DNA of 64,000 bases. Origin: an uncultured Erysipelotrichaceae bacterium. Lineage in GTDB: Bacteria > Bacillota_I > Bacilli_A > Erysipelotrichales > Erysipelotrichaceae. Shown piece after piece: positions 1-11,411 of this stretch. The position numbers were made by a program, and so were the translations under genes. Location of the stretch: NCBI GenBank assembly GCA_902775735.1, contig CACYNH010000002.1:35669-99668 (forward strand), written 5' to 3'. The notes below the pieces were generated by a model. That model worked only from the letters and a program-made list of their open reading frames with translations. It made no database searches and was not told the DNA's origin. The first letter of the stretch is position 1; each line of letters begins with the position of its first letter.

Positions 1-1
1 C

Positions 2-484
2 AGATCTTCAGCGGCGGCAGTGGCGGCGGAGCTGTGTCTTGGCATGGCCGATGAGTCAGGGGCTTCCACGCGTGAAGAGTACCGATATCTCGATACAGCG
101 TTCCGGAAGATCAATGAAGGAATGAATCCGGTGACTGTGCTTGCGCTCTATATGAGTGATCTGATGAAGCTGTTCGGCATTGAGCCCGACGTCGATGAAT
201 GTGTGCGCTGCGGGGAAACGACCGTGCACGCCATCAGTGTCAAAGACGGCGGCTTCCTGTGCGCACAGCATGCGGAAGAGGCGGGCGTGCATCCTTCCTC
301 TGTCACAGAACTCAGGCGTTTCCGTCTGCTGGTCAAAGGCGGGCTTGATCAGATTGAAATTATTGAAAAGGCAGGCGGGGCAAAACCGTCTGATCTTGAA
401 ATACTGGCTGAAATGCTGAAACTGCACGCAGGGCTTGAACTGCGCTCTTTTGCGTTTTTCAAACGCTTTTGTGCCATTGAATGA
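2..484 (+). CDS. recO: DNA repair protein RecO, C-terminal part (5' truncated by window edge)
   Basis: Frame open from window start; Zn-finger CVRCG...GGFLC typical of the RecO C-terminal domain; lies before glycyl-tRNA synthetase and dnaG as in Bacillota. Confidence 0.85.
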   Translation, partial: RSSAAAVAAELCLGMADESGASTREEYRYLDTAFRKINEGMNPVTVLALYMSDLMKLFGIEPDVDECVRCGETTVHAISVKDGGFLCAQHAEEAGVHPSSVTELRRFRLLVKGGLDQIEIIEKAGGAKPSDLEILAEMLKLHAGLELRSFAFFKRFCAIE

Positions 485-505
485 GCATTTTGAAAGTGCT
501 ATAAT
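477..505 (+). promoter_or_regulatory. sigma-A promoter for glyQS-dnaG-rpoD
   Basis: TTGAAT (477-482), 17 bp, TATAAT (500-505) with extended -10 TG. Confidence 0.7.
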
Positions 506-541
506 ACTACAGATTATGTTAACTTGGAGGTTTTTTCGCTT

Positions 542-1918
542 ATGGACAAGACATTTGATCTGATCGTTTCGCATGCCAAGAACACCGGCTTCGTATTCCA
601 GGGTTCCGAAATTTACGGCGGCCTCAGCAATACATGGGATTACGGCCCTTACGGCGTCATGCTGAAAGACAACATCAAGCGGGCATGGCAGAAGAAGTTT
701 ATCCAGGAAGATCCCAACAACGTTGAGATCCAGGCCGCGATTCTTATGAATCCGAAGGTCTGGGAAGCTTCCGGCCATCTCAAGGGATTCTCGGATCCGT
801 TAATGGACTGCAAAGAGTGCAAGACAAGACACCGCGCCGACCAGCTGATCGAAAACTGGTCTGAAGGCAAGGTCACATGTGAAGGCTGGTCCAATGAACA
901 GATGGAAAAGTTCATTGAGGACAACCAGATTCCGTGCCCCGACTGCGGCAAGCACAACTTCACTCCGATCCGTCAGTTCAACCTGATGTTCAAGACATTC
1001 CAGGGCACACTGGAAGACGCCAAGAGCACCATTTACCTGAGACCGGAAACAGCCCAGGGTATGTTCGTTGATTTCAAGAATGTTCAGCGCGCATACAGAA
1101 AAAAGCTTCCGTTCGGCATCGGTCAGATCGGCAAGTCCTTCCGCAATGAGATCACACCGGGCAACTTCATCTTCAGAACCCGTGAGTTCGAGCAGATGGA
1201 AATGGAATTCTTCTGCAAGCCCAATGATGATGACAACTGGTTCCCTTACTGGCGCAATTTCTGCATGGACTGGATCATCAGCCTCGGCGGCAATCCCGAA
1301 AACCTGCGCTTCCGTGATCATGAAAAGGAAGAACTGAGCTTCTATTCCAAAGCGACAACCGATATTGAATATAAATTCCCGTGGGGCTGGGGCGAACTGT
1401 GGGGCATCGCCGACCGTACCGACTATGACCTGACACAGCATCAGGTCACATCCGGCAAGGACATGACCTACCTCGATCCTGAAACCAACGAGAAATACAT
1501 TCCTTATGTCGTTGAACCGGCCGTCGGCGTCGAAAGACTGTTCTTCATGTTCTTCACTGACGCTTACGATGAGGAAATCCTCGAAAACGGCGACAAGCGT
1601 GTTGTCATGCGCTTCTCACCGGTTCTCGCTCCGGTCAAGGCTGCGATCTTCCCGCTTAAGAAGAAGACGCACAGCGAAAAGGCAAAGGAAATCTACAAAG
1701 AACTCTCCTACGATTTCACTGTCGCGTATGACGACGCCGGCTCCATCGGCAAGAGATACCGCCGTATGGACGAAGTCGGTACACCGTACTGCATCACAGT
1801 GGATGATCAGACACTGGAAGACGGAACGGTCACAATCCGTTTCCGCGATTCCATGGAACAGGAAAGGATGACAGTCGAAGAGGTCCGGGCACGGATCTGT
1901 GCTGAAATCCGTTTCTGA
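542..1918 (+). CDS. glyQS: Glycine--tRNA ligase, homodimeric (alpha2) type
   Basis: [59 protein letters not shown] motifs; ATG at 542 after GGAGG (526-530) preferred to TTG at 524. Confidence 0.97.
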   Translation: MDKTFDLIVSHAKNTGFVFQGSEIYGGLSNTWDYGPYGVMLKDNIKRAWQKKFIQEDPNNVEIQAAILMNPKVWEASGHLKGFSDPLMDCKECKTRHRADQLIENWSEGKVTCEGWSNEQMEKFIEDNQIPCPDCGKHNFTPIRQFNLMFKTFQGTLEDAKSTIYLRPETAQGMFVDFKNVQRAYRKKLPFGIGQIGKSFRNEITPGNFIFRTREFEQMEMEFFCKPNDDDNWFPYWRNFCMDWIISLGGNPENLRFRDHEKEELSFYSKATTDIEYKFPWGWGELWGIADRTDYDLTQHQVTSGKDMTYLDPETNEKYIPYVVEPAVGVERLFFMFFTDAYDEEILENGDKRVVMRFSPVLAPVKAAIFPLKKKTHSEKAKEIYKELSYDFTVAYDDAGSIGKRYRRMDEVGTPYCITVDDQTLEDGTVTIRFRDSMEQERMTVEEVRARICAEIRF

Positions 1919-1942
1919 TTGAAGAACGATTGACGGGGCAAG

Positions 1943-3691
1943 ATGGTCAGAATCTCACAGGAAGAAATTGATGCGATCCGAAGCAGGGCGGATATTGTGG
2001 ATGTCATTTCACACTATCTTCAGGTCCGCCGCAAAGGCAGATCCTATGTGGCGGTATGCCCGTTTCATGATGACCATGATCCTTCCATGACCATCAACCC
2101 CGAAAGACAAATATACAAATGCTTCGTATGCGGTGCCGGCGGCAGCGTCTTCGGCTTTGTGCAGAATTACGAGAAGATCTCATTTCCCGAGGCAGTCGGA
2201 AGAGTCGCTTCCCTATGCGGCTATCAGCTTTCCGTACAGCCCGAGGCTTCTGAAGTCCATAAAGATCCCCATCGTGAAAGCCTGTACAGAGTTCTGCAGG
2301 AAACAATCCGCTTCACCGCTTACCAGCTCAGCAGCACCGACGCCAGAACGCAGAAGGAATACCTGCAGGCAAGAGGCCTTGACGATGAGATCATCAGCCG
2401 CTTTGAAATCGGCTGGAATCCCGGCGGCGACAGCCTCTACCGCTTCCTGCACGCCAAAGGCTATTCCGACGCCGACCTTGTCAGCGCCAACGTCGCAAGA
2501 TTAACGGCAGGGGGACTGCACGACGTCTTTTCGGAAAGAATCACTTTCCCGATCCACGACGCCCGCGGCAATCCCATCGGCTTCTCCGCCAGAACCCTCG
2601 ATCCGGCCAACCCCAGCAAGTACATCAACACAAACGACACCGAGCTCTTCACCAAAGGAGACATCGTATACAACAGCCACAGAGCCAGGGCAAGCGCCCG
2701 GCATGAAGGCAGGATCTACGTCACGGAAGGCGTAACCGATGTCATCGCTTTCGCAAGGGCCGGCATCGACAACGCGGTGTGCACACTGGGCACCTCATGC
2801 ACAGCCCACCAGATCAATCTGCTGAGGTCATTAGCCGCCAGGATCGTCTTCTGCTATGACGGCGACAATGCCGGTCAGGCAGCGACATTCAGGGCCGCCA
2901 AAATGGCCCGCGAAGCCGGATGCGATGTGTCAATTGTGCTCAACCGGACCGGACTGGACCCGGATGAAATCATCCGCAGCCAGTCAGCCGGCGCCTTGAG
3001 AGAACTCGTGAAGCAGGAAATCTCCTGGATGGAATTTGTCCTTCAGTATCTCTCCGGCCGCTATAACCTGAACAGCTATCTTGAGAAAAAGCAGTTTGTC
3101 ACGGAAGTCAAGGCGGAAATCGATCTGCTCGACGACGAAACAGACCGCCGCTATTTCACCGATGAGCTTTCAAGGATCAGCGGCATGCGGGTGGATTACA
3201 CAAGGAAAACAGTTCAGCCATCCGAAAAGCCGCAGAGGCGGCTGCGTGTGAAGAACGGTTCCGAGAAGGCGGAGGAAATGATCCTGTGCATGATGATGAA
3301 CTCGGCGGAAGCCTGCCGGCGCTTTGAAGAGGAACTCGGATATCTGAACATCCCCGCCAACCAGACAATCGCCATGATGATTCTCGACGCCCGCCACTGC
3401 GGCGGATCATGCGAACCATCGGCACTCTCAGACGGAACGGAAGATCAGAATATCCGCAACCTGATTTCAAGCCTGGCTTCAGGCGAAGACGGCGCCCTGC
3501 AGTACGATGAAGATCTGATGACAGGCGCCATCCGCAAGGTAAAGATCACAGTGCTGAGCGCGGAAGCAGACGCATACAAACAGCAGCTGAATATGGATCT
3601 CAATGACATGAGCCGTCAGCTGATTCTCAATAAATACGCAAACTGTCTGCGTGAATTACGGAGGTATATCGATGAAGAAAACAGTCAGTGA
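1943..3691 (+). CDS. dnaG: DNA primase
   Basis: [10 protein letters not shown]...CFVC zinc-binding domain, KYIN, EGVTDV and YDGDNAG TOPRIM, DPDE motifs. Confidence 0.97.
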   Translation: MVRISQEEIDAIRSRADIVDVISHYLQVRRKGRSYVAVCPFHDDHDPSMTINPERQIYKCFVCGAGGSVFGFVQNYEKISFPEAVGRVASLCGYQLSVQPEASEVHKDPHRESLYRVLQETIRFTAYQLSSTDARTQKEYLQARGLDDEIISRFEIGWNPGGDSLYRFLHAKGYSDADLVSANVARLTAGGLHDVFSERITFPIHDARGNPIGFSARTLDPANPSKYINTNDTELFTKGDIVYNSHRARASARHEGRIYVTEGVTDVIAFARAGIDNAVCTLGTSCTAHQINLLRSLAARIVFCYDGDNAGQAATFRAAKMAREAGCDVSIVLNRTGLDPDEIIRSQSAGALRELVKQEISWMEFVLQYLSGRYNLNSYLEKKQFVTEVKAEIDLLDDETDRRYFTDELSRISGMRVDYTRKTVQPSEKPQRRLRVKNGSEKAEEMILCMMMNSAEACRRFEEELGYLNIPANQTIAMMILDARHCGGSCEPSALSDGTEDQNIRNLISSLASGEDGALQYDEDLMTGAIRKVKITVLSAEADAYKQQLNMDLNDMSRQLILNKYANCLRELRRYIDEENSQ

Positions 3692-5471
3692 CACAGCAGA
3701 AACTGCTGAAGAGACAAAGAAGACAAAAACAGTAGCTAAGAAACCCGCCGCGAAGAAAGCCTCCGAAAAGGCTGAAAAGCCTGTCAAGAAAGCAGCTTCC
3801 GCAGAAGCGGAAACTGAAGCGGCAGAAGCACCAAAAAAGCCCGCGAAGAAAGCTTCCTCCAACAAGAAGGCAGCTGAAGTGAGCGAAGCACCCGCGGAAG
3901 AAAAGCCTGTTAAGAAAGCGGCGAAGAAGGCAGTCAAAGAAACCGCCGAAGAACCTGAAGAAGAAACAAAACCGGTAAAGAAGACTTCTTCAAAGAAAAA
4001 GAAGGCTGAACCGGAAGAACCTGTTCAGGAAGCGGTGAGCGAAGAAAAACCGGTGAAGAAAACTTCCTCCAAAAAGAAGAAGGAAGAAGAGCCGGCAAAA
4101 GAGGAAGTTCCTGAGGCAAAGGCTGAAAAGCCCGCCAAAAAGGCGTCCGCAAAGAAAAAGAAAGCGGAAGAGCCCGCTCCGGAAGAACCCGTGACTGAAA
4201 TCAAAGAAGCCGCAAAAGAAGCGGAGAAGCCGGTCATCGACCGTTCCATCCTGCGTGAAAAGAAGACCGTCATCGATGTTTACAAGCGCGATGGGCGCAT
4301 CAGGGAACTCAAGAGCCTTGACGAACTGAAGGAAGACTACCGCAAAGTCTATGCCAACGACGGTGCGATCTACCAGAAGGACATCATGGCTTCCCTTGAC
4401 AACCTTGACCTCACCGATGAAGACACGGACGCCCTCTGGGACTGGTTCGCAGCCGAAGGCATCAATGTCTCCGAAGATGAGGATATCGTCGAGGAACTCG
4501 AGCCGGAAGAGGAAATCGCGCTCGATGACGATGATGACATCGACTCCAACATCGATGACACGGCCAATAGCGAAGACGATGAATTCTCCGTCAGCACCAT
4601 TCCTGATCTTTCCATGTATACCCGCTCGACAACCGTCCAGCTCAACGACCCGGTCAAGATGTACCTCAAGGAAATCGGCCGCGTGCCGCTGCTGAAGCCG
4701 GAGGATGAGCCGGAAATCGCCAAGAGAATCGAAGAGGGCGACGAGGAAGCCAGATCCATCCTGATCTCCTCCAACCTGCGTCTTGTCGTTTCCATCGCCA
4801 AGAAGTACGTCGGCAGAGGCATGCTGTTCCTGGATCTGATCCAGGAAGGCAACATGGGCTTAGTCAAAGCGGTTGAAAAGTTTGATTATACAAAAGGCTT
4901 CAAATTCTCCACATACGCGACATGGTGGATCCGCCAGGCGATCACAAGAGCGATTGCCGACCAGGCCAGAACGATCCGTATCCCTGTCCATATGGTTGAA
5001 ACCATCAATAAGCTGACAAGAGTGCAGCGTCAGCTCGTTCAGGAACTCGGCCGTGATCCTTCCGCTGAGGAAATCTCCGCCCGCATGGACGGCATCTCCC
5101 CGGAAAAGGTCCGCGAAATCCAGAAGATCGCCCTTGAACCTGTTTCTCTGGAAACCCCGATCGGTGAGGAAGACGATTCCCACCTCGGCGACTTCATTGA
5201 AGACAAGGACGCCATGAGCCCTGACCAGTACGCTTCCAACCAGCTGCTCAAGGATGAAATCAACAACGTTCTTTCCGGTCTTACCGAAAGGGAGGAAAAG
5301 GTCCTCAGACTCCGCTTCGGACTCTACGACGGCCGCACCAGAACCCTTGAGGAAGTCGGCAAGGAATTCAATGTCACAAGAGAAAGAATCCGTCAGATCG
5401 AAGCCAAGGCTCTGCGCAAGCTGAAGCATCCGACCAGATCCAAGCGTCTCAAGGATTTCTTCGACAAATAA
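3672..5471 (+). CDS. rpoD: Primary RNA polymerase sigma factor RpoD/SigA with long low-complexity N-terminal extension
   Basis: [55 protein letters not shown]; GGAGG upstream of ATG 3672; overlaps dnaG 3' end. Confidence 0.98.
   Translation: MKKTVSDTAETAEETKKTKTVAKKPAAKKASEKAEKPVKKAASAEAETEAAEAPKKPAKKASSNKKAAEVSEAPAEEKPVKKAAKKAVKETAEEPEEETKPVKKTSSKKKKAEPEEPVQEAVSEEKPVKKTSSKKKKEEEPAKEEVPEAKAEKPAKKASAKKKKAEEPAPEEPVTEIKEAAKEAEKPVIDRSILREKKTVIDVYKRDGRIRELKSLDELKEDYRKVYANDGAIYQKDIMASLDNLDLTDEDTDALWDWFAAEGINVSEDEDIVEELEPEEEIALDDDDDIDSNIDDTANSEDDEFSVSTIPDLSMYTRSTTVQLNDPVKMYLKEIGRVPLLKPEDEPEIAKRIEEGDEEARSILISSNLRLVVSIAKKYVGRGMLFLDLIQEGNMGLVKAVEKFDYTKGFKFSTYATWWIRQAITRAIADQARTIRIPVHMVETINKLTRVQRQLVQELGRDPSAEEISARMDGISPEKVREIQKIALEPVSLETPIGEEDDSHLGDFIEDKDAMSPDQYASNQLLKDEINNVLSGLTEREEKVLRLRFGLYDGRTRTLEEVGKEFNVTRERIRQIEAKALRKLKHPTRSKRLKDFFDK
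3741..4170 (+). repeat. Degenerate coding repeats (E/K/T)KP(V/A)KK(A/T)(A/S) separated by Glu-rich spacers in the rpoD N-terminus
   Basis: About 7 peptide copies; two near-identical DNA copies at 3969-4005 and 4047-4083 (78 nt apart). Confidence 0.8.
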
Positions 5472-5473
5472 GA

Positions 5474-6145
5474 ATGAATAAGCGGATTGAAAAAATCGCT
5501 GACATGGTAAACCAGGGCGTGATCGCGGCTGATATCGGCACCGATCACGCCTTTCTTCCCATTCTTCTCATCCAGAAGAACCGGGCTGAAAAGGTCTATG
5601 CCTGCGATGTGACCGAAGGTCCCCTCAAAGCGGCGCGGCGCAATATCGAAAAACAGGGACTTTCAGACAGGATCACTACCATTCTCTGCGATGGCTTTGA
5701 CGGCGTTCCCGATGACATTAACTGCGCGGTGATTGCCGGCATGGGCTTCTTCACGTGCACCGGGATCCTCGAAAGGGCGATGGACAGACTCTCAAAGCTT
5801 GAGCAGATCATCGTCGAAGTCAACCGCAACACAAGCGACATGCGCAAATGGATTTCCGATCACCGTTTCACGGTTGATCAGGAAGTTCTCATTACTGAGC
5901 GCGGCTTCGACTATATCGCGATCAGTTTCACCGCGAAGGACCACGATCCTTTAAGTGAAGAGGAGCTCCTGTGCGGCACCTCTCTTCTGAAACAGCAGGA
6001 AGGGTATCCGGAGTACTGTGACAGACAGATTTCCAAAATCGAAAACGTCCTTTCGCATGTGCGCGAAGATGACGAAAGACGAACGGTATTAACCAGAGAA
6101 CTTGCCATGTGGAACCAGGCAAAAGAAAGCGCGAATCAGGAATAA
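5474..6145 (+). CDS. trmK: tRNA (adenine(22)-N1)-methyltransferase
   Basis: ADIGTDHAFLP and IAGMG motifs; usual position after rpoD. Confidence 0.92.
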   Translation: MNKRIEKIADMVNQGVIAADIGTDHAFLPILLIQKNRAEKVYACDVTEGPLKAARRNIEKQGLSDRITTILCDGFDGVPDDINCAVIAGMGFFTCTGILERAMDRLSKLEQIIVEVNRNTSDMRKWISDHRFTVDQEVLITERGFDYIAISFTAKDHDPLSEEELLCGTSLLKQQEGYPEYCDRQISKIENVLSHVREDDERRTVLTRELAMWNQAKESANQE

Positions 6146-6161
6146 ACTGATCCGCGTTTTT
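6130..6161 (+). terminator. Intrinsic terminator after trmK
   Basis: CGCGAATCAG / CTGATCCGCG stem (one mismatch) followed by T tract. Confidence 0.55.
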
Positions 6162-6169
6162 AAATATGG

Positions 6170-6202
6170 AAAAAGAAAAGGGATGACTGTAACAGCCGCC
6201 CC
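6170..6202 (-). terminator. Intrinsic terminator after rpsT
   Basis: Minus strand GGGGCGGCTG-TTA-CAGTCATCCC followed by TTTTCTTTTT. Confidence 0.65.
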
Positions 6203-6261
6203 ATACATTCCTGTTATTCAGGTGTGAATCCCTTACCGGGACCGCCTGTGCTTTCACTCAA

Positions 6262-6525
6262 TTACTGGATCGAGTTGACAAGCTTAGCGAGTCTGGACTT
6301 CTGACGGGATGCGTAGTTCGCCTTCTTGATGTGGTTGACTACAGCCTTGTCCAGAGACTTGTTCGCACCATCGAAAGCCTTGACGGCAGCTTCCTTATCA
6401 CCAGCCTTGACAGCTTCGAGAACCTTCTTGATCGCAGTCTTCAGTTCACTCTTCTGACCGGCACGGGCATTCTGTCTCTTCAGGTTTGTCAGAGCACGCT
6501 TTTTCTGAGACTTGATATTCGCCAT
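6262..6525 (-). CDS. rpsT: 30S ribosomal protein S20
   Basis: MANIKSQKKRA...ASRQKSRL signature; AGGAGG RBS. Confidence 0.98.
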   Translation of the reverse strand: MANIKSQKKRALTNLKRQNARAGQKSELKTAIKKVLEAVKAGDKEAAVKAFDGANKSLDKAVVNHIKKANYASRQKSRLAKLVNSIQ

Positions 6526-6559
6526 GAGAACACCTCCTGTTCATTTATCAGCAGAGTGA

Positions 6560-6588
6560 ATTATAGCAAACGCACATTTAAAATGCAA
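6560..6588 (-). promoter_or_regulatory. sigma-A promoter of rpsT
   Basis: Minus strand TTGCAT, 17 bp, TATAAT with extended -10 TG. Confidence 0.75.
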
Positions 6589-6636
6589 TAAAAACAGTTC
6601 TTGGGTATAATAAAACGCAGTGAAGGAGGAACTGTC

Positions 6637-7575
6637 ATGGAAAACCCCAGAATTGTTTTCTTCGGAACCCCGGTTTTCGCTTCAGGCATGCTGAAGGTTC
6701 TGATTGAAGATCATTATAATGTTGTGCTGGCTGTCACCCAGCCCGACCGGCCCGTCGGCCGCAAAAAGATCATCCAGCGCACTCCCGTGGCGGCACTGGC
6801 GGATGAAAACGGCATCCCGGTCCTGCAGCCGCAGAAGCTTTCGGCTGAGGCGGACGCGATTCTTGCCTGTGAGCCGGACCTGATCGTGACATGCGCCTAT
6901 GGCCAGTTCGTGCCTTCAAAAATCCTGAACGCGCCGAAGTACGGCGCCCTCAACGTGCATCCGTCCCTGCTTCCGAAATACAGAGGCGGTGCCCCGATCC
7001 AGCGGGCCATCATGAACGGCGACAAAAAAACAGGCGTCTGCCTGATGGAAATGATCAAAGCGATGGACGCCGGACGCGTCTATGCCAGAGTCGAAACAGA
7101 AATCGGAGAGGACGAAACAGGCACCGAACTGTTTGAAAGGCTGGAAGGCATTTCCGCAAAACTTCTTCGTGACAATCTTCCTCTTTATCTCGAGGGAAAG
7201 CTGGAAGGCGTTCCCCAGAATGATGAAGAGGCGGTCTTAGCGCCCAATATTGCAAGGGAAGAGGAACTTGTTCACTTTGCGGACAGTGATATTGACACGC
7301 TCTACAACCATATCCGCGGCCTGATTGAAGAACCCTGCGCCTATGGAATGGTAAACGGAAAACGATTCAAGTTCTGCAAAGTCAGAAAGCAGAACTGTGT
7401 TCCTTCAGAAGCGCCGGGAACGATTGCCGGCTTTGAAAACCACGCCATGAAGATTGCGGCAAATGGCGGCTATCTGCTGGTGATGGAGATGCAGCCGGAA
7501 GGCAGAAGCCGGATGAATGCCGACGCTTTTGCCAACGGGGCCGGCCGCGGCCTGATCAACGCGGTCTTTGAATAG
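6637..7575 (+). CDS. fmt: Methionyl-tRNA formyltransferase
   Basis: IVFFGTP, VTQPDRPVGR, NVHPSLLPKYRGGAPIQ, MDAG; AAGGAGG before ATG 6637. Confidence 0.97.
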   Translation: MENPRIVFFGTPVFASGMLKVLIEDHYNVVLAVTQPDRPVGRKKIIQRTPVAALADENGIPVLQPQKLSAEADAILACEPDLIVTCAYGQFVPSKILNAPKYGALNVHPSLLPKYRGGAPIQRAIMNGDKKTGVCLMEMIKAMDAGRVYARVETEIGEDETGTELFERLEGISAKLLRDNLPLYLEGKLEGVPQNDEEAVLAPNIAREEELVHFADSDIDTLYNHIRGLIEEPCAYGMVNGKRFKFCKVRKQNCVPSEAPGTIAGFENHAMKIAANGGYLLVMEMQPEGRSRMNADAFANGAGRGLINAVFE

Positions 7576-7584
7576 GATGTGCCT

Positions 7585-9396
7585 ATGGATCAGAAGAATA
7601 TAAGAAATTTCTGCATTATCGCCCATATTGACCACGGCAAGAGCACGCTGGCCGACCGGATTCTGGAAATGACCGAAACCGTCAGCGCCAGGGATATGAA
7701 GTCGCAATTGCTTGATGATATGGAACTGGAAAGAGAGCGCGGCATCACGATCAAGCTCAACGCCGTCCAGCTCAGCTATCACGCCAAAGACGGACAGGAA
7801 TACCTGTTCAACCTCATCGATACCCCGGGCCATGTCGACTTCACCTATGAAGTTTCAAGAAGCCTGGCGGCGTGCGAAGGAGCTGTTCTTGTCGTTGACT
7901 CCACCCAGGGCGTGCAGGCCCAGACCCTGGCCAACACCTATCTGGCCCTGGACAATGATCTGGAGATCATTCCCGTGATTAACAAGGTGGACATGAACAA
8001 TGCCCAGCCTGAACATACCAAAAAGGAAATCGAGGACATTATCGGCCTTGACTGTTCCGAAGCCCCTGAAATCAGCGCCAGGACAGGTCTCAATGTCGAT
8101 CAGGTTCTCGAACAGATCGTCACCCATATCCCCGCACCCTCAGGAGATGTGAACGCTCCTCTGCAGGCGCTGGTCTTCGACTCCTTCTATGATCCTTACC
8201 GCGGCGTCATCGCTTTAGTCAGAATCAGGGAAGGAAAGCTCAGAACCGGCGATAAAATCCGCTTTATGGCGACAGGGGCTTCCTATGAAGTGCTGGAAAC
8301 AGGTATCCGCACCCCGAAGGAAATGCGGGTGGATGAATTATGCGCGGGCGATGTCGGCTGGTTTGCGGCTTCCATCAAGTCCATCCAGGACGTCCGGGTC
8401 GGCGACACCGTCACCAACGCGGAAAGACCCGCTTCAGCTCCTTTAAGCGGCTACCGCAAACTCAATCCGATGGTCTATTGCGGCCTTTATCCTTCCGACG
8501 CTGCCAAGTATGAAGACTTAAGAGACGCCCTTGACAAGCTGCAGCTCAACGACGCTTCCCTTTATTATGAAGCGGAAACATCCCAGGCTTTAGGCTTCGG
8601 CTTCCGCTGCGGTTTCTTAGGATTGCTGCATATGGATGTCGTGCAGGAAAGACTGGAAAGAGAATACAATCTCGATCTCATCTGTACGGCGCCTTCGGTT
8701 ATCTACCATGTCTATCTGACTGACGGGTCCATGCTGGCAATCGATAACCCGGCAAGAATGCCCGACGCCTCCAAAATCGACAGGGTTGAAGAACCTTATG
8801 TCAGAGCATCGATCATGGTGCCGGATGAATACATCGGCGCGGTCATGGATCTGTGCCAGAATAAACGCGGTATCTATTCCTCGATGGAAGTCATCGACGA
8901 AGGCAGAAACACCATCGTCTATGACATGCCGCTTTCCGAAATCATCTACGATTTCTTTGACCGTCTCAAATCATGTTCCAAAGGCTACGCTTCTTTAGAC
9001 TATGAGCTGACCGGCTACCGGAAAGAAGACCTTGTCAGGATGGATATCCTGCTTAATGGCGAAACGGTCGACGCGCTTTCCGTCATTGTTCACCGCACCG
9101 AGGCATACAAGAGAGGCAGCGGCATCACGATCCGCTTAAAGGAACTGATTCCCAAGCAGCAGTTCGAGATTCCCGTCCAGGCTGCCATCGGCGGCAAGGT
9201 CATCGCCAGAACCAACATCAAGTCACTCCGCAAAAACGTATTGGCCAAGTGCTATGGCGGCGATATTTCCCGTAAGAAGAAGCTGCTTGAAAAGCAGAAG
9301 GAAGGAAAGAAGCGGATGAAGGCGGTCGGCTCGGTGGTTATTCCCCAGGAAGCCTTCATGTCCGTTCTTTCAATGGAAAATGACCCCCAGAAATAA
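7585..9396 (+). CDS. lepA: Elongation factor 4 (LepA)
   Basis: [52 protein letters not shown]. Confidence 0.98.
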   Translation: MDQKNIRNFCIIAHIDHGKSTLADRILEMTETVSARDMKSQLLDDMELERERGITIKLNAVQLSYHAKDGQEYLFNLIDTPGHVDFTYEVSRSLAACEGAVLVVDSTQGVQAQTLANTYLALDNDLEIIPVINKVDMNNAQPEHTKKEIEDIIGLDCSEAPEISARTGLNVDQVLEQIVTHIPAPSGDVNAPLQALVFDSFYDPYRGVIALVRIREGKLRTGDKIRFMATGASYEVLETGIRTPKEMRVDELCAGDVGWFAASIKSIQDVRVGDTVTNAERPASAPLSGYRKLNPMVYCGLYPSDAAKYEDLRDALDKLQLNDASLYYEAETSQALGFGFRCGFLGLLHMDVVQERLEREYNLDLICTAPSVIYHVYLTDGSMLAIDNPARMPDASKIDRVEEPYVRASIMVPDEYIGAVMDLCQNKRGIYSSMEVIDEGRNTIVYDMPLSEIIYDFFDRLKSCSKGYASLDYELTGYRKEDLVRMDILLNGETVDALSVIVHRTEAYKRGSGITIRLKELIPKQQFEIPVQAAIGGKVIARTNIKSLRKNVLAKCYGGDISRKKKLLEKQKEGKKRMKAVGSVVIPQEAFMSVLSMENDPQK

Positions 9397-10483
9397 ACCG
9401 GAGGCACTTTATCTCCATGTGCCGTTCTGCCGCTCCATCTGCTATTACTGCGATTTCACGCATGTGATGTACAGAAAGGAAACAGCGGACGCATGGCTTG
9501 ACGCTCTTGAAAAGGAATTCGCTTCCAGAGAATTCAATCCGGGTCTTAAAACAGTCTATATAGGCGGGGGAACGCCCACCTCCCTGAGTGAAGAACAGCT
9601 GGAGCGTCTGCTTTCCTTCCTGGATCCGTATACGTCTCATGTGAGCGAGTATACATGCGAAATCAATCCGGAAACGATGAATGAGACAAAGGCGCAGATT
9701 CTCTTTCAGCATGGCGTCAACCGCGTTTCCATCGGCTTTCAGACAGACAATGCAAAGCTTTTAAAAAACATGGGCCGCCATCATACGGTGAATGATGTGA
9801 AGCATGTCATGGATCTTTTAAGGAAGACCGGCATCTCCAACATCTCGCTGGACCTGATGTACTCACTGCCTGAGCAGACCATGGAAGATCTTGAAACAGC
9901 CATCCGGACTGCCGTTTCCCTGAATCCATCGCATTTATCCCTTTATTCCCTGACCGTTGAAGAAAACACCGTCTTTGGTAAAAGGGGATATAAAAGCCTG
10001 GATGAGGAGATGGAAGCGGACATGTATGAATATATCTGTCAGACACTTCCTTCATACGGATTTCATCAGTATGAAGTTTCCAATTTCGCGAAGGACGGCT
10101 TTGAGTCGCAGCACAACAAAGTCTACTGGACCTACCGTGACTTTTACGGCGTTTCCTGCGGTGCTTCCGGCAAGGAGGGATATACACGCTACGACGTGAC
10201 TTCCTCTTTGAAGAAGTATCTGGAAAACCCTCTTGAAAGAGATGAGATCCTGCTGGAAAAAGAAGACGCCATGTTTGAAATGGTCATGATGAACTTAAGG
10301 CTTAAAGCAGGCATGGAAAAAAGCCTGTTTGAGGAAACCTTCGGGATCCGCTTTGAGGAAGCCTTCAGAGGAAAGTATGAAACACTCACAGAACAGGGCC
10401 TTCTTGAAGTCAGCCAGACGCATGTGAAGTGCACAGAGAAAGGATTCCCGGTGCTGAACAGCGTCCTTGAAGAACTGCTTTAG
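9380..10483 (+). CDS. hemW: Radical SAM heme chaperone HemW (HemN-like)
   Basis: [15 protein letters not shown] (CxxxCxxC), GGGTP, YEVSNF, HNKVYW; follows lepA. Confidence 0.9.
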   Translation: MTPRNKPEALYLHVPFCRSICYYCDFTHVMYRKETADAWLDALEKEFASREFNPGLKTVYIGGGTPTSLSEEQLERLLSFLDPYTSHVSEYTCEINPETMNETKAQILFQHGVNRVSIGFQTDNAKLLKNMGRHHTVNDVKHVMDLLRKTGISNISLDLMYSLPEQTMEDLETAIRTAVSLNPSHLSLYSLTVEENTVFGKRGYKSLDEEMEADMYEYICQTLPSYGFHQYEVSNFAKDGFESQHNKVYWTYRDFYGVSCGASGKEGYTRYDVTSSLKKYLENPLERDEILLEKEDAMFEMVMMNLRLKAGMEKSLFEETFGIRFEEAFRGKYETLTEQGLLEVSQTHVKCTEKGFPVLNSVLEELL

Positions 10484-10544
10484 ACGTGATTGAAAGCGTC
10501 CTGCTGTTTTGTTAGAATTTTGAGCATCGGGAGAAACGATATAC

Positions 10545-10919
10545 ATGGCACAGAAACTGAAAAAAAGCAAAGTGAAACCCCGCTCACAGAGAGCGATTGA
10601 AATGGAAGAACAGAAGCAGGCTGCGATCGCTGCCCATGAAGCGGAACTCAGAAAGAGCACAGGGGCGAAAAGGGATATTCTCACCACGATCTTCTGCTGG
10701 TATTCCCTCATCGCTTCCGTCTTCTCCGTCGTTCTTGGCTTCTGGGGAATCTTCTCCATCATGGCCATCGGCTTCGGTATCGCCGGCCTGAAGATGCTGA
10801 AGAAGAACGAAATCGACAGAAAACTGGAAAAGTACGCGGCGTACATCGGTATTGTCGTTGGCGTCATCTGGCTGATCGTTCAGATCTATTTCGCGGTTGT
10901 CCGCTACATGAACGGTTAA
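10545..10919 (+). CDS. Small membrane protein, basic N-terminus, 2-3 TM helices (DUF4190-like, tentative)
   Basis: GGGAG RBS; hydrophobic segments; host-like codon use. Confidence 0.75.
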   Translation: MAQKLKKSKVKPRSQRAIEMEEQKQAAIAAHEAELRKSTGAKRDILTTIFCWYSLIASVFSVVLGFWGIFSIMAIGFGIAGLKMLKKNEIDRKLEKYAAYIGIVVGVIWLIVQIYFAVVRYMNG

Positions 10920-10926
10920 AACCATC

Positions 10927-10955
10927 TTGTGCATTCAATGCGCAGGTGGTACAAT
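10927..10955 (+). promoter_or_regulatory. sigma-A promoter of rpsO
   Basis: TTGTGC, 17 bp, TACAAT with extended -10 TG. Confidence 0.65.
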
Positions 10956-10960
10956 AACAA

Positions 10961-11038
10961 GGCTTTCGGGCTGGGGGTCCGCCATCCTCAGACGGTGTCT
11001 CGGTCCGGAACGTAAACAGAAAGAAAGAGGAAAAAAGA
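10961..11038 (+). promoter_or_regulatory. Putative S15 autoregulatory leader RNA
   Basis: GC-rich stem TTCGGGCTGGGG / CTCGGTCCGGAA in the rpsO 5' UTR; S15 leaders are established in Bacillota, family match not computed. Confidence 0.55.
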
Positions 11039-11305
11039 ATGTTATCCAAAGAAAGAATCGCTGAAATCGCTAAGGACTTCGGCCGCTCTGCCGGCGACAC
11101 AGGTTCCGTTGAAGTACAGGTTGCCCTGCTCACAGAACAGATCAACGTGCTCACAGAACACATGAAGCAGAACAAGAAGGACTACTCCTCCAACAGAGGT
11201 CTGCTGAAGATGGTCGGCCGCAGAAGAAAGATGCTTGAATATCTCAAGAGAGAAGACATCAACCGCTACCGCGAACTGATCACAAGACTCGGCCTGAGAA
11301 AGTAA
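11039..11305 (+). CDS. rpsO: 30S ribosomal protein S15
   Basis: [36 protein letters not shown]. Confidence 0.98.
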   Translation: MLSKERIAEIAKDFGRSAGDTGSVEVQVALLTEQINVLTEHMKQNKKDYSSNRGLLKMVGRRRKMLEYLKREDINRYRELITRLGLRK

Positions 11306-11323
11306 TCGCATTTCGATGGAGAC

Positions 11324-11359
11324 AAAACCTTGCGCGTGTCAAACGTGTGAGGTTTTTTT
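11324..11359 (+). terminator. Intrinsic terminator after rpsO
   Basis: AAAACCTTGCGCGT / ACGTGTGAGGTTTT hairpin with T tract. Confidence 0.75.
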
Positions 11360-11411
11360 CTGTCCTGAGCCTCAAATCAGTGTATACTCACTGAGTGGAA
11401 AGGAAGAGACC

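Noticed and set aside
485-541. T-box upstream of glyQS
   Set aside because: Leader is only about 30 nt and lacks the GGTGGNACC motif.
5928-6257. 109 aa minus-strand ORF after rpsT
   Set aside because: Runs through the rpsT terminator and antisense into trmK; no RBS.
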